Assembly (NCBI GenBank): GCA_964368275.1 | Contig: CAYJAQ010000002.1 | Coordinates: 1-59,254, forward strand | From: an uncultured Staphylococcaceae bacterium | GTDB lineage: Bacteria > Bacillota_I > Bacilli_A > ML615J-28 > CAG-313 | Direction: 5' to 3' | DNA length: 59,254 bases | Part shown: positions 18,247 to 28,257 of the stretch, piece by piece | How positions within the stretch are numbered: position 1 is the first letter of the stretch | Layout: each line of letters opens with the position of its first letter | Program-made: the position numbers and the translations under genes | The notes under the pieces: generated by a model | What the model was told of the DNA's origin: nothing | The model's database searches: none | Seen by the model: the letters and a program-made list of their open reading frames with translations, nothing else

Positions 18247-19152
18247 TTAAGCTTCCTTAGGTATCATTATTTTTATTTTCTTTGGTAGAATACTAATTTT
18301 AATATTTTGCCAACGATAGGTTTCACCATCAACACAAACAATTACTTCATTTTTAAAAGCCAGTTCAATTTGTTGGCCTTGCGTATATTTAATAATATTC
18401 CCAAAACGTGGATTATTAATATGAGTCCCTTGCTTATAGTCTTTTACTAAACGTAAGAAAGTCATTCGCAGAACATTGCGCACGACCATCACATCAAGTT
18501 TACTATCATCTAAACGAGCATTAGGAGCACAGTGATAACCGCCACCATAATATTCACCATTTGCGACATTTGCTAGAAACATCTTACCGTCAAAAAAGTT
18601 TTCGCCATCAACTCTAATCTTTACCGGATAAACTTTCTTGCGTAAAATTGTGGTAACTAATGACATTGTATATGCACGACTAATCTTCTTATAATGTTTA
18701 CGAATACGGATGCATTCAGCATTAGCATCAGCATCAAAGCCGATATTAACAACATTAATACTATAACGATTATTTACTTCTAAAACGTCAATCTCTTTTA
18801 ACTTTCCTTCAACATTTTTTTCGAGGTTGTTAAAATCAAGATCGCCAAAACTTTTTAATAAGTCATTGCATGAACCAATTGGAATTACACCAAAATGAGC
18901 ATGAGGATAGCCGACAATTCCGTTTATAACTTCATTGCAAGTACCGTCACCACCACAAGCGTAAAACACGACATCCTCAGTTAGGGTACTAGCCACTTTA
19001 CGGGCTTGAGTTTCAGCATCACCGATTGATTTCGTTATATAAATTTCATAGTCTGTCAAACTGTTGGCAAAAGTTCTTTCAATCCGAGCTGTCAACTCAT
19101 CAACATGATTAAACTTGCCACTAACGGGGTTAATAATAAAATAGTGTTTCAT
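18247..19152 (-). CDS. Diacylglycerol kinase-family lipid kinase (YegS/DagK-like)
   Basis: IINPVSGK and ACGGDGT motifs. Start re-set to the ATG at 19152 (AAGGAG SD). Confidence 0.85.
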   Translation of the reverse strand: MKHYFIINPVSGKFNHVDELTARIERTFANSLTDYEIYITKSIGDAETQARKVASTLTEDVVFYACGGDGTCNEVINGIVGYPHAHFGVIPIGSCNDLLKSFGDLDFNNLEKNVEGKLKEIDVLEVNNRYSINVVNIGFDADANAECIRIRKHYKKISRAYTMSLVTTILRKKVYPVKIRVDGENFFDGKMFLANVANGEYYGGGYHCAPNARLDDSKLDVMVVRNVLRMTFLRLVKDYKQGTHINNPRFGNIIKYTQGQQIELAFKNEVIVCVDGETYRWQNIKISILPKKIKIMIPKEA

Positions 19153-19251
19153 GCAATACTCCTTTGTCATAATTATTATAACAAATTTCGCTAATTTTTG
19201 CAAGTAGATATAATAGAAAATGAGATTTAGCTAGTAACACCTTTAAAAAAG

Positions 19252-19279
19252 AAAAAACTCGTTAACATTAGCTAACGAG
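19252..19279 (-). terminator. Terminator after the ABC substrate-binding gene
   Basis: CTCGTTA...TAACGAG hairpin flanked by A and T runs. Confidence 0.6.
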
Positions 19280-19307
19280 TTTTTCCCATATTTTACTTTA
19301 TTTAATA

Positions 19308-20312
19308 TTATTCTTTTTCAGCTTGTACAACACTCGCAAAGCGATTATCAACAATTTTAGCAAATGGTACCCGCTTTTCAAGTTCACCAGCTTCGGTCAT
19401 AACATCCATTAATCGTTCCAAACCAGCTTCCTTAAAGAAAGGTGTATCACACCAAACATCAGCATTTCGATAACGAGCTACTACTTTTGTTAAATCATCT
19501 ATTGATGAATCAGTGAAGAAACTAACTAGTTCTTTAGCAACATCAATATCACTTGATGACATAACAAATGCTTGCGATTTAGCTAAAGCACTAGTAAAAG
19601 CTTTTATCGTGTCCGGATTTTCCGCCATATATGACTTTGAAGTGTAAAAAGCGGTATATGGAATTTCTCCCGATAGTTCGCCTACTGATGCTAAAACAAA
19701 TGCTTTTCCCTCATTTTCGAGCATTGTTGCTGTTGGTTCAAATAAAGTTGTATAATCACCTTCGCCACTTAAGAAAGCACCAGCCATTGCTGTAAACTGA
19801 ATATCCGTACGCACCTTTACATCACCATTATCACTGTCACGTCCGACTGTTAACCCGGCTTCTTTAATAACATATTCTAATGTCATTTCCGGCATACCCG
19901 CTTTACGTCCCCCTAGAATAGTTTTCCCTTTTAAACTTTGAATAGTAAATTCTTCAGCACCACGCCCCACTATAAAGCTACCATCGCGCTTAGTAAGTTG
20001 AGCAAAATTAATCATATAATCGGTTTGACCATTTAAATAAACATAAATTGTGGTTTCTGGACCTGCTAAGCCAATCTGTGAGTCACCCGAAAGTAAAGCT
20101 GCGGTTACTTTATCAGCTCCACCAGCATTAACTAAAGTAAGATCTAAACCGGCTTCTTCAAAGTACCCCTTATTAATACCAACATATAGAGGTGCATAGA
20201 AGATTGAATGCGTTACCTCAGCCAGTTCAATTTTAGTTAATTCGTTCCCTTTGCACGAAGAAAGCATACCAAAGGAAAGAATTACAACCAATAAACATAA
20301 TATTTTTTTCAT
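19308..20312 (-). CDS. ABC transporter substrate-binding lipoprotein (NMT1/THI5-SsuA-like)
   Basis: Lipobox LSSC. NMT1-like fold pattern. Adjacent to a TauC/SsuC-type permease. Confidence 0.75.
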   Translation of the reverse strand: MKKILCLLVVILSFGMLSSCKGNELTKIELAEVTHSIFYAPLYVGINKGYFEEAGLDLTLVNAGGADKVTAALLSGDSQIGLAGPETTIYVYLNGQTDYMINFAQLTKRDGSFIVGRGAEEFTIQSLKGKTILGGRKAGMPEMTLEYVIKEAGLTVGRDSDNGDVKVRTDIQFTAMAGAFLSGEGDYTTLFEPTATMLENEGKAFVLASVGELSGEIPYTAFYTSKSYMAENPDTIKAFTSALAKSQAFVMSSSDIDVAKELVSFFTDSSIDDLTKVVARYRNADVWCDTPFFKEAGLERLMDVMTEAGELEKRVPFAKIVDNRFASVVQAEKE

Positions 20313-21103
20313 TTTATTCCTCTTTTCTTTTTAAATTTTTTTTCTAATATATTCACTACTTCATACATTAGAAAAGCAATAATCGCTAGGATAATAACTC
20401 CCATCATTACTAAATCCATTTTGAAAATTTGACTTCCGTAGACGATTAGATAACCAATACCGGCACGTGACACCAAAAATTCCCCAACTATTACGCCAAC
20501 CCATGTCATACCAATATTGACTTTGATTATATTCACAAGATTCGGATAATTAGCTGGTAAAACAAGTTTAATTAATAACTGCCATTTAGTAGCACCAAAG
20601 CTTAATAGCATTTTTATTTTATCGGTGTCAATACTAGTGAAATTGTGATAAGCCGTAATTATTGTTAATACCAGTGATATTGACATTGCGACTACAGTAA
20701 TGCCCTTTATTCCCGTTCCCGCCCAAATAATCAAAATGGGAGCTAATGCCGTTTTAGGTAAAGCATTCAAGACAACCAAGAAAGGATCAAAAATCTTTGC
20801 TAAAAAGCGATTCCACCAAAGAATAATAGCTATTATAAGACCAATTAAAGTCCCTAATATTAACCCGAGAACCGTCTCTAACACCGAAATGCCAATATGC
20901 ATGAATAATTGATTGCTTGCTAAATATACTTTTAATAGTTTTAGAATACTAGATGGTGAACTAAACAAAAAATCATTGATAATACCTAAATACGAAAAAA
21001 GCTCCCATATTGTGATAAAGCTAATCAATACTACAGATTGCCAAATAATGATCTTGCGTTTTTCTTTTCTTCTTTCAATGTAATAGGGGTTATTCTTCTT
21101 CAC
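20309..21103 (-). CDS. ABC transporter permease (SsuC/TauC family)
   Basis: 6-TM BPD_transp_1-type protein with an EAA-like loop (SFGATKWQLLIKLVLP). Confidence 0.85.
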   Translation of the reverse strand: MKKNNPYYIERRKEKRKIIIWQSVVLISFITIWELFSYLGIINDFLFSSPSSILKLLKVYLASNQLFMHIGISVLETVLGLILGTLIGLIIAIILWWNRFLAKIFDPFLVVLNALPKTALAPILIIWAGTGIKGITVVAMSISLVLTIITAYHNFTSIDTDKIKMLLSFGATKWQLLIKLVLPANYPNLVNIIKVNIGMTWVGVIVGEFLVSRAGIGYLIVYGSQIFKMDLVMMGVIILAIIAFLMYEVVNILEKKFKKKRGIK

Positions 21104-21839
21104 TATTTAACTCCTTCCAAATAGCATCAAAATAATCTCGAAATTCTTTTGCTGTGCGCGCTTTTAAAGGTGTAAATTCCCCTTCAACCGATAAATTTAT
21201 TTCATGAATATGCCTAATAGACGCTGGGCGTTTCGAAAGAACAATAACACGATTACTCATGGAAATTGCTTCTGATATATCATGGGTAACAAGAATAGTT
21301 GAAATATTAGCGTCTTTAATCATTTTATATACATCATCACAGACCATTAATCTAGTTTGAAAATCTAACGCTGAAAAAGGTTCATCTAGTAATAAAACAC
21401 TGGGTGAAATAGCTAATGTCCTAATCAAGGCAATTCGCTGACGCATTCCTCCTGATAATTCCTGAGGATAGTTGTCAATAAAATCAATTAATTCATATTT
21501 ATTTAACATTTCATCCACTTTTTTTAAGTGTTCATCATCAATTAGTTTCTTAATTTCTAACCCAATGAGAATATTCTTGTAAATTGTTCGCCATTCCAGT
21601 AAATTATCTTGTTGAAACATATAACCTATTTCACCATTAATAACTACTTCACCTTCAGTTGGTTTAATTAATCTTGAGATTATGTTTAAAAGTGTTGATT
21701 TGCCACTACCTGATGGACCAACTATAGCAATAATTTCCCCTTTTCTTAATGCTAAACTAATATCTTTAAGTACCTCTAACTCACCTAATTCCGTATAAAA
21801 ACTTTTATTAACATTCTTTAACTCAAGAACTTGATCCAT
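21090..21839 (-). CDS. ABC transporter ATP-binding protein (SsuB/TauB-like)
   Basis: [17 protein letters not shown] and LLLDEPFSALD. Confidence 0.92.
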   Translation of the reverse strand: MDQVLELKNVNKSFYTELGELEVLKDISLALRKGEIIAIVGPSGSGKSTLLNIISRLIKPTEGEVVINGEIGYMFQQDNLLEWRTIYKNILIGLEIKKLIDDEHLKKVDEMLNKYELIDFIDNYPQELSGGMRQRIALIRTLAISPSVLLLDEPFSALDFQTRLMVCDDVYKMIKDANISTILVTHDISEAISMSNRVIVLSKRPASIRHIHEINLSVEGEFTPLKARTAKEFRDYFDAIWKELNSEEE

Positions 21840-21911
21840 CTAATCACCTTTCTAGCCTACTTTATCATATAGTTAAATCAAATTTTGGTATAGTTAAATA
21901 CCCATTTTGCA

Positions 21912-21937
21912 CAAAAAAAGCTCTCCAAGTGGAGAAC
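21912..21937 (-). terminator. Terminator after the small lipoprotein gene
   Basis: GTTCTCC-ACTT-GGAGAGC followed by TTTTTTT on the minus strand. Confidence 0.65.
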
Positions 21938-21960
21938 TCTCAATTATATTATTAATGGTT

Positions 21961-22395
21961 TTACTCGTTAATTGCCATAATAAAAGCTAAAGTGTTTGGG
22001 TCTTTAACATCATACCAACCACGACTGACAGCAGAGCAATAATCAACATTAATGGCATCTTCTCTTACATCAAAAGCTCTTTCACCATTAATCTTCACAA
22101 AGTACTGCCCTTCGGAATAATCGTTTTGATTCATAACCGCGTATGGCCCAACAGTAAGTTTTACTTTTTCCAAATTTGCTAGAAAACTATCAATATCTTC
22201 TACAGCAACTTCGATAACACTCATTTTATCAGCGTTTTCGTCTACCGGGCAATAAATAATATATTCTCGACATACTGAAATACTTTCGACATTTATTTTG
22301 TCTAATTGAAGTACCTCGTAAATATTCTTTTTACTGCTGCAACTAGTTAGTGAAAGCAAAAACATAATAGCTAATAATCCAATTATTTTCTTCAT
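21961..22395 (-). CDS. Hypothetical lipoprotein
   Basis: Signal peptide with lipobox LSLTSC. No other recognisable motif. Confidence 0.55.
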   Translation of the reverse strand: MKKIIGLLAIMFLLSLTSCSSKKNIYEVLQLDKINVESISVCREYIIYCPVDENADKMSVIEVAVEDIDSFLANLEKVKLTVGPYAVMNQNDYSEGQYFVKINGERAFDVREDAINVDYCSAVSRGWYDVKDPNTLAFIMAINE

Positions 22396-22494
22396 CTAAT
22401 CCTCCATTTAGTTAATTCAAATATTATTTAGAATCACTTCTCAATAGTATATACTCTTTTTTTTAATGTTTTTGTGAATTTTTTTGAATTTTTT

Positions 22495-22529
22495 TACAAA
22501 AAAAATGCAAAAGCCACATAAGTGGCTTT
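22495..22529 (-). terminator. Terminator after the P-type ATPase gene
   Basis: AAAGCCAC-TTAT-GTGGCTTT then TGCATTTTTTTT on the minus strand. Confidence 0.7.
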
Positions 22530-22532
22530 CGA

Positions 22533-25094
22533 TTAGTCATTTTTTAGACGTTTTATCTTGTATTTAGCACGACGTTCTTTCGCTTTTTCACCTAAAAAGA
22601 AATCAACAACATAGTTAGCTATAAAGATAATAATGTAACTAGACATTGCCATTGTTAAAACCAGTAGCAGCGGTGTTGCATTTATGATCTCTGTTCCATC
22701 AGTAGCAATCTTAATAATAATTAATTCATATAATTGATACTGACGCTGCCAATCAATTTCAAACCAAAAGACTCTACCGACATTTTGCCGAACAGACTGT
22801 GTAGTAATAAACACACAGCAGAAGGCTAAAACTACATACATTAGAATCTTCCACCAAGTGTAAGGTTTGCAAGCAATGTAAAGAATCATCATACATGTCG
22901 CAGTAGCTACTATTACAATAATAGTAGTTACTTGTTCAAGCGTTAATTGTAATGGTCCTGACACCATGTAAATGATAATAACTTCAACTAGAACTGTCAA
23001 AGCTCCTGGTAACGAGGTTTTAATGACATTGAATAAAAACTTACCTTTTAAGCGTTCCTTATTTGGTTGTAACGAAAGCACAAAGGCTGGAACACCTATT
23101 GCAAATACTTCAATCATTGTTAATTGTGAAGCCGTAAATGGATAATTCCCAGCACCACCTGGCGCAAAAGCACTAATAAAGCCTGTTACTACTAATAAAG
23201 AGATAAACATTGTAAATAATGTTTTAACTAAGAAAAGGGAAGCAGTTTGTTGAATGTTGTTGATAACACGCCGTCCTTCAGCAACGACACTCGGCATAGA
23301 AGCAAAATTAGAATCTAACAGAACTAATTGAGCAACATTGCGCACAGCATCACATCCAGATGCCATTGCAATACTACAATCAGCTTCTTTTAATGCCAAA
23401 ATATCATTGACACCATCTCCCGTCATTGCAACGGTATGTTTCGCTGCTTTTAATGATTTAATAATAATCTGTTTTTGATGCGGTTTGACCCGTCCAAATA
23501 CCGTATAACCATTAGCCACTTCAGCAACTTCTTCATCAGTTAAATTCTCGAGACTAATATAATCTTCCGCATTATCAATGCCTACCCGGCGTGCTACTTC
23601 AGCAACCGTCACCGGATTATCACCTGAAATGACTTTGCATTTTACACCTTGGTCTTTAAAATACTTAATTGTATCAAAAGCCTCAGCTCTTATGCGGTCT
23701 TCGATAAGTATTAGTGCAACTAATTTAGGTTGTTTTTGAATTTTGCCCTTTTTTAAAGGCAAAGGACTGTGGGCAAGTGCAATTACCCGTAAACCTTGCA
23801 TAGCGTAATTATTTACTTCTTCACTTAAACGTTCATAATTACCTTTCATTACAAACTCAGGTGCACCGATAATGAACGTACCAGCTTTTTCAAATGTTAC
23901 ACCACTATACTTATTTTCTGATGAAAAGGCTAATATCTCAACTGGTTTCATTTTTTTACTAAAACCAAAATATTCCTCTAATGCTCTCGCTGTCGAATTA
24001 CTTTCTTCTAGGGCACTATTCATAGATGCGACTATCTCTGTTACATTATATTCACCCTTCTTTTGTTCTATATATCGGGTAACACTCATCGTACCATCAG
24101 TAATCGTTCCCGTTTTGTCTAAACAAAGGGTATCAACACGGGCTAAGGTTTCAATACAATAGATTTCTTGAACTAGTGTTTTTCGTTTAGCTAATCTAAT
24201 AACTCCGACAGCAAGCGCCATGCTAGTTAACAGGAATAATCCTGACGGAATCATACCTAAAAGAGCACCACTAGTTGATAAAATACTTTTTGAATACGTA
24301 TCGCTATGATTAAATAATGCTTTAAATGTTGCAATTATACCGGAACTATTCTCAGCGCGAGCAAATAACAATAAACCCATCGGAATAATTATTATACTGA
24401 CAAATTTCAATATGTTATTAAGTGATCTTAAAATATCCGAACGAGGTTTACTATATTTCTTAGCTTGGGCAGCTAATTTTTCCATAGCGTTTTCACTACC
24501 AACCCGTTCAACTTTGCAATAACAATTTCCGGATACTACATAACTGCCTGAAAATAAGGTATCACCTAGTTTTTTTCTTACGGGAACGGATTCACCAGTT
24601 AGTTGTGATTCATTAACTTCAATATCCCCACTAACCAAAATGGAATCAGTAGTTATTTCTTTACCCGCTGTTAAATATACAATATCATCTAGTACAACTT
24701 CGTCTATATTAATCTCTATTTTTTCACTATTTCGAATTACCACGACTTTACTTTCGGATAGTAGTGATAATTTATCAATGGTAATCTTGGAGCGGACTTC
24801 TTGAATAATACCGATTAAAGTGTTCGCAGCAACAATAATAATAAAGAAATAATTAGTAACTTCCGCATTAGCACTCAATAATAAGAAAAAGATTAATAAA
24901 TACATGCCATTGAAGAAGGTAAATAAATTATTAATAATAATCGATAAATACGACTTATTGCTACCATGATGCCGAACATTATTCATCTTCTGCTCATTAC
25001 GTTTAGCAACCTGTTCACTATTCAGACCTTCTAAATAGTCCACTTTAAAGCGCTCGATGTCACTTTGAGCTATTATATTAGTTTTCTTTCGCAC
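22533..25094 (-). CDS. Cation-translocating P-type ATPase (P2/P3-like, HAD-IC)
   Basis: DKTGTITDG phosphorylation motif, TGES actuator motif, MTGDGVNDILALKEAD, 10 predicted TM. The TM4 motif is IPSGL rather than PEGL. Confidence 0.88.
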   Translation of the reverse strand: MRKKTNIIAQSDIERFKVDYLEGLNSEQVAKRNEQKMNNVRHHGSNKSYLSIIINNLFTFFNGMYLLIFFLLLSANAEVTNYFFIIIVAANTLIGIIQEVRSKITIDKLSLLSESKVVVIRNSEKIEINIDEVVLDDIVYLTAGKEITTDSILVSGDIEVNESQLTGESVPVRKKLGDTLFSGSYVVSGNCYCKVERVGSENAMEKLAAQAKKYSKPRSDILRSLNNILKFVSIIIIPMGLLLFARAENSSGIIATFKALFNHSDTYSKSILSTSGALLGMIPSGLFLLTSMALAVGVIRLAKRKTLVQEIYCIETLARVDTLCLDKTGTITDGTMSVTRYIEQKKGEYNVTEIVASMNSALEESNSTARALEEYFGFSKKMKPVEILAFSSENKYSGVTFEKAGTFIIGAPEFVMKGNYERLSEEVNNYAMQGLRVIALAHSPLPLKKGKIQKQPKLVALILIEDRIRAEAFDTIKYFKDQGVKCKVISGDNPVTVAEVARRVGIDNAEDYISLENLTDEEVAEVANGYTVFGRVKPHQKQIIIKSLKAAKHTVAMTGDGVNDILALKEADCSIAMASGCDAVRNVAQLVLLDSNFASMPSVVAEGRRVINNIQQTASLFLVKTLFTMFISLLVVTGFISAFAPGGAGNYPFTASQLTMIEVFAIGVPAFVLSLQPNKERLKGKFLFNVIKTSLPGALTVLVEVIIIYMVSGPLQLTLEQVTTIIVIVATATCMMILYIACKPYTWWKILMYVVLAFCCVFITTQSVRQNVGRVFWFEIDWQRQYQLYELIIIKIATDGTEIINATPLLLVLTMAMSSYIIIFIANYVVDFFLGEKAKERRAKYKIKRLKND

Positions 25095-25241
25095 TTAAGT
25101 CGCCTCCTTATTAAATATAATTATTGTTTGATGATATTATACCACATTCGGAAGATTTTGCCAATGATTTTGCGAATATGTTATTGCTTTTTGTTGGCAT
25201 TTTAAATATTTTGTGATAGAATAGGATGGTGGAGGTTTTAT

Positions 25242-25931
25242 ATGAAAGCGACTATTATTGGAATAACTCCTCGTATTGCTAAAATCGACGATGTTACCAA
25301 ACTACAAGTGAACTACACTTACTTAGTACCATTTAACAAACGTAATGTATTACCGATTATTTTACCGATTGACTCCAAACTACTTGCTAGTGCATTGGAA
25401 CTTTGTGATGGTTTCTTGGTAATTGGTGGTGATGATATTAATCCAACCCTATATGGTGAAACTAATACCGGTTTATCTAAATGCGTCAATGATTCATTAG
25501 ACAGCATTGATCAAGAAGTAATTAAATACGCATATTCCCACCGGAAGCCTTTATTAGGAATCTGCCGGGGTATTCAATCGTTGGCCGTCTTCTTGGGGGG
25601 GACTCTTCATCAAGACTTAGAAACATGCAATGTAAGACATGAATGCGAGAATCACGAACATATTGTTGACAGAATGCTAACAACTCCTTTTACTAGTTTA
25701 TTACCTGAACATTTTATGGTCAATTCCTATCATCATCAAGCAGTAAACATTGTACCAAATGGCTTCCAGGTCATTTTCAAATACCAAGATACGATAGAAG
25801 CGATTGAACATGAAACATTACCAATTATCGGGGTTCAATGGCATCCAGAGCGCTACCAGACGCCTGAGAGTGAAATAATCTTTGATTATTTTATTAAAAT
25901 AGTCAATAATAACAAAAATTTGACGAATTAA
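25242..25931 (+). CDS. Gamma-glutamyl-GABA hydrolase-type class I glutamine amidotransferase (peptidase C26)
   Basis: Nucleophile elbow GICRGIQ and the VQWHPE histidine motif. Confidence 0.85.
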   Translation: MKATIIGITPRIAKIDDVTKLQVNYTYLVPFNKRNVLPIILPIDSKLLASALELCDGFLVIGGDDINPTLYGETNTGLSKCVNDSLDSIDQEVIKYAYSHRKPLLGICRGIQSLAVFLGGTLHQDLETCNVRHECENHEHIVDRMLTTPFTSLLPEHFMVNSYHHQAVNIVPNGFQVIFKYQDTIEAIEHETLPIIGVQWHPERYQTPESEIIFDYFIKIVNNNKNLTN

Positions 25932-25957
25932 GCAGTTAACAAAGCTGCTTTTTTTTA
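25930..25957 (+). terminator. Terminator of the amidotransferase gene
   Basis: AAGCAG...CTGCTT hairpin followed by TTTTTTT. Confidence 0.7.
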
Positions 25958-25985
25958 TACAAAAAGGCACAGAATTTCTGTGCCT
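25958..25985 (-). terminator. Terminator of the EF-G paralog gene
   Basis: AGGCACAG-AAATT-CTGTGCCT followed by TTTTTG on the minus strand. Confidence 0.75.
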
Positions 25986-25998
25986 CGAATGCTATTAA

Positions 25999-28056
25999 TT
26001 AGTTATTGTCCTTCTTATAATCAGCAATAATCTTTGCTACTAATTGTTCAGGGACATCATCATAGCGAATAAACTTACGTGTGAAACGACCACTTGCTTG
26101 GGTCATTGCCTTTAAGTCAATTGCATACTTAGTGATTTCTGCTTCTGGAACTTGAGCAACTACACATTGCTTACCACCTGGAAGTGGTTCAACACCTAAT
26201 ACTTGACCACGACGTTTGTTCATATCTCCCATTACGTCACCAACGAAATCATTGTCAACTGTAACACGCACTTCCATAACTGGTTCAAGAATAGTCGGTT
26301 TAATTATCTTACAAGCTTCTTTAAATGCTAAAGCAGCAGCAAGTTTGAAGGAAATTTCATTAGAATCAACTGGATGATAAGAACCAAAGAATAATACAGC
26401 TCTAACACCAATAACCGGGAAACCAGCTAACGGACCATGTTCAAGACATTCTTGTAACCCTTTTTCAACAGCTGGGAAATAGTTCTTTGGAACAGCTCCA
26501 CCAACTACTTCAGAAGCAAATTCAAATGGGGCATCACATGGTTCGAAACGAATCCATACATCACCAAATTGGCCAGCTCCACCTGATTGTTTTTTATGAC
26601 GGCCTTGTGCTTCACCTTTCTTACGGATTGTTTCACGATAAACAATCTTTTGATCAGTAATATCTACATCAACCTTAAACATATTCTTCATCTTCTCTAA
26701 AATATAACCAATGTGAGTCATACCTTGACCACCAATTAATAATTGAGAAGTTTCAGGATTACGTTTAATTTCAAATGATGGATCTTCGGCGTTTAACTTT
26801 TGAAGAGCACTTGAGATCTTATCTTCATCTTGTTTAGTTTTCGCAGCAATGGCTACATATAAAATAGGAGTAGGAAGTTCTGTCTTAGGATATAAGAATG
26901 GAGCTTTCTTATCACAAATAGTATAACCAGTTGCTAAATCAGATGCTTTTGTCATTGCGCCAATGTCACCTGCTTTTAATACATCGACATTAATTTGGTT
27001 TTTACCCATTAAGGCAATAATTTGACCAGGCTTAATAACAGCATCAGTATTTGCTACATATAATTCAGCTAAATCTTTAGTAGTACCTGATAATACCTTG
27101 AAGAAATTAATGGTGCCAAGGAATGGGTCTACTAATGTTTTAAAAATGTAAGCAGCAAATGGCTCAGCGTCACTAGCTTTGCGACTCATTGGAGCATCTG
27201 TCTTTGGATTAGTTCCTTTAACTTCGCCCTTGTCAGCAAATGATGGTAATAATTCACAAATCATTGATAGTAAATTATCAACGCCAATATCCTTTGTTGA
27301 TGCACCTACTAAAACTGGGAATATTTCACATTTAGCAGTACCAACGCGTAAACCAGTTTTTACTTCATCTGCAGTTAACTCTTCACCACCAAAGAATTTT
27401 TCTAATAATTCTTCGCTAGTTTCAGCAACCGCTTCATTAATTGTCATGTTCATCTCTTCAACTTGGTCAGCATTAGCACCTTCTAATGGTTTTTCACCAC
27501 TTAAAGTTCTTGCTACTTTGTGAACAGCATCAACATATCCATTAAAGCTAGCATCATGACCGATTGGATAACATAATGGAATGCACTTAGCATCTAAACG
27601 TTCTTTAATTGATTTCATAACTTGATCAATCTTGACGTTTTCCTTGTCAATTTTATTTACAAATACAATTGTAGGAATGTTACGAGATCTTACTTCGTCC
27701 CAAACACGTTCAGTCCCTACTTCAACGCCTTTAGTAGCATCTACTAAAATGATAGCACCTTCAACTACTGAAAGATCGTTATCAATTTCACCCACGAATT
27801 CTTCTGAACCCGGAGTATCTAAAACATTAATCTTGTGGCCGTTCCATTCAACTGGTAATAACGCAGTTGATAAAGAAGTTTGACGATTTTGTTCTTCAAC
27901 TAGGTAATCAGAGACTGTTGTTTTACGCTCTACTTCACCTTTTTTCGCAATCGCCTTACCGACAAAAAGAATTGATTCAGAAAGACTTGTCTTGCCGCTT
28001 CCTAAATGCCCTAAAATTGCAACATTTCTAATGTGGCTTGCTGAATATTCTTTCAT
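25999..28056 (-). CDS. Elongation factor G paralog (translational GTPase)
   Basis: G1 GHLGSGKTS, G3 DTPG, G4 NKID. EF-G domains II-V including the domain IV YHPVDS loop. Start re-set to the ATG at 28056 (GGAGGT SD). Monocistronic and not in an rpsL-rpsG-fusA-tuf context. Confidence 0.85.
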   Translation of the reverse strand: MKEYSASHIRNVAILGHLGSGKTSLSESILFVGKAIAKKGEVERKTTVSDYLVEEQNRQTSLSTALLPVEWNGHKINVLDTPGSEEFVGEIDNDLSVVEGAIILVDATKGVEVGTERVWDEVRSRNIPTIVFVNKIDKENVKIDQVMKSIKERLDAKCIPLCYPIGHDASFNGYVDAVHKVARTLSGEKPLEGANADQVEEMNMTINEAVAETSEELLEKFFGGEELTADEVKTGLRVGTAKCEIFPVLVGASTKDIGVDNLLSMICELLPSFADKGEVKGTNPKTDAPMSRKASDAEPFAAYIFKTLVDPFLGTINFFKVLSGTTKDLAELYVANTDAVIKPGQIIALMGKNQINVDVLKAGDIGAMTKASDLATGYTICDKKAPFLYPKTELPTPILYVAIAAKTKQDEDKISSALQKLNAEDPSFEIKRNPETSQLLIGGQGMTHIGYILEKMKNMFKVDVDITDQKIVYRETIRKKGEAQGRHKKQSGGAGQFGDVWIRFEPCDAPFEFASEVVGGAVPKNYFPAVEKGLQECLEHGPLAGFPVIGVRAVLFFGSYHPVDSNEISFKLAAALAFKEACKIIKPTILEPVMEVRVTVDNDFVGDVMGDMNKRRGQVLGVEPLPGGKQCVVAQVPEAEITKYAIDLKAMTQASGRFTRKFIRYDDVPEQLVAKIIADYKKDNN

Positions 28057-28209
28057 AATTACCTCCGTACTTGATAAATTCAACGTATATATTATACTAC
28101 ATTGAGATTAATAATGTCATATTTTTAATAATTTTTTTGTAAGTGCTTACATTTTCGTTTTAGATTAGTTTTCTTCTCCAATTTTAGTGCTATTTAGGAC
28201 GTTAATTAT

Positions 28210-28238
28210 TTGCAAAAACGTTATCATTTTGTTATAAT
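28210..28238 (+). promoter_or_regulatory. Sigma-A-type promoter for the WG-repeat/ABC operon
   Basis: TTGCAA, 17-nt spacer, TATAAT, about 20 nt upstream of the GAGGTG SD. Confidence 0.6.
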
Positions 28239-28257
28239 AATAAAATGAGGTGATGAT

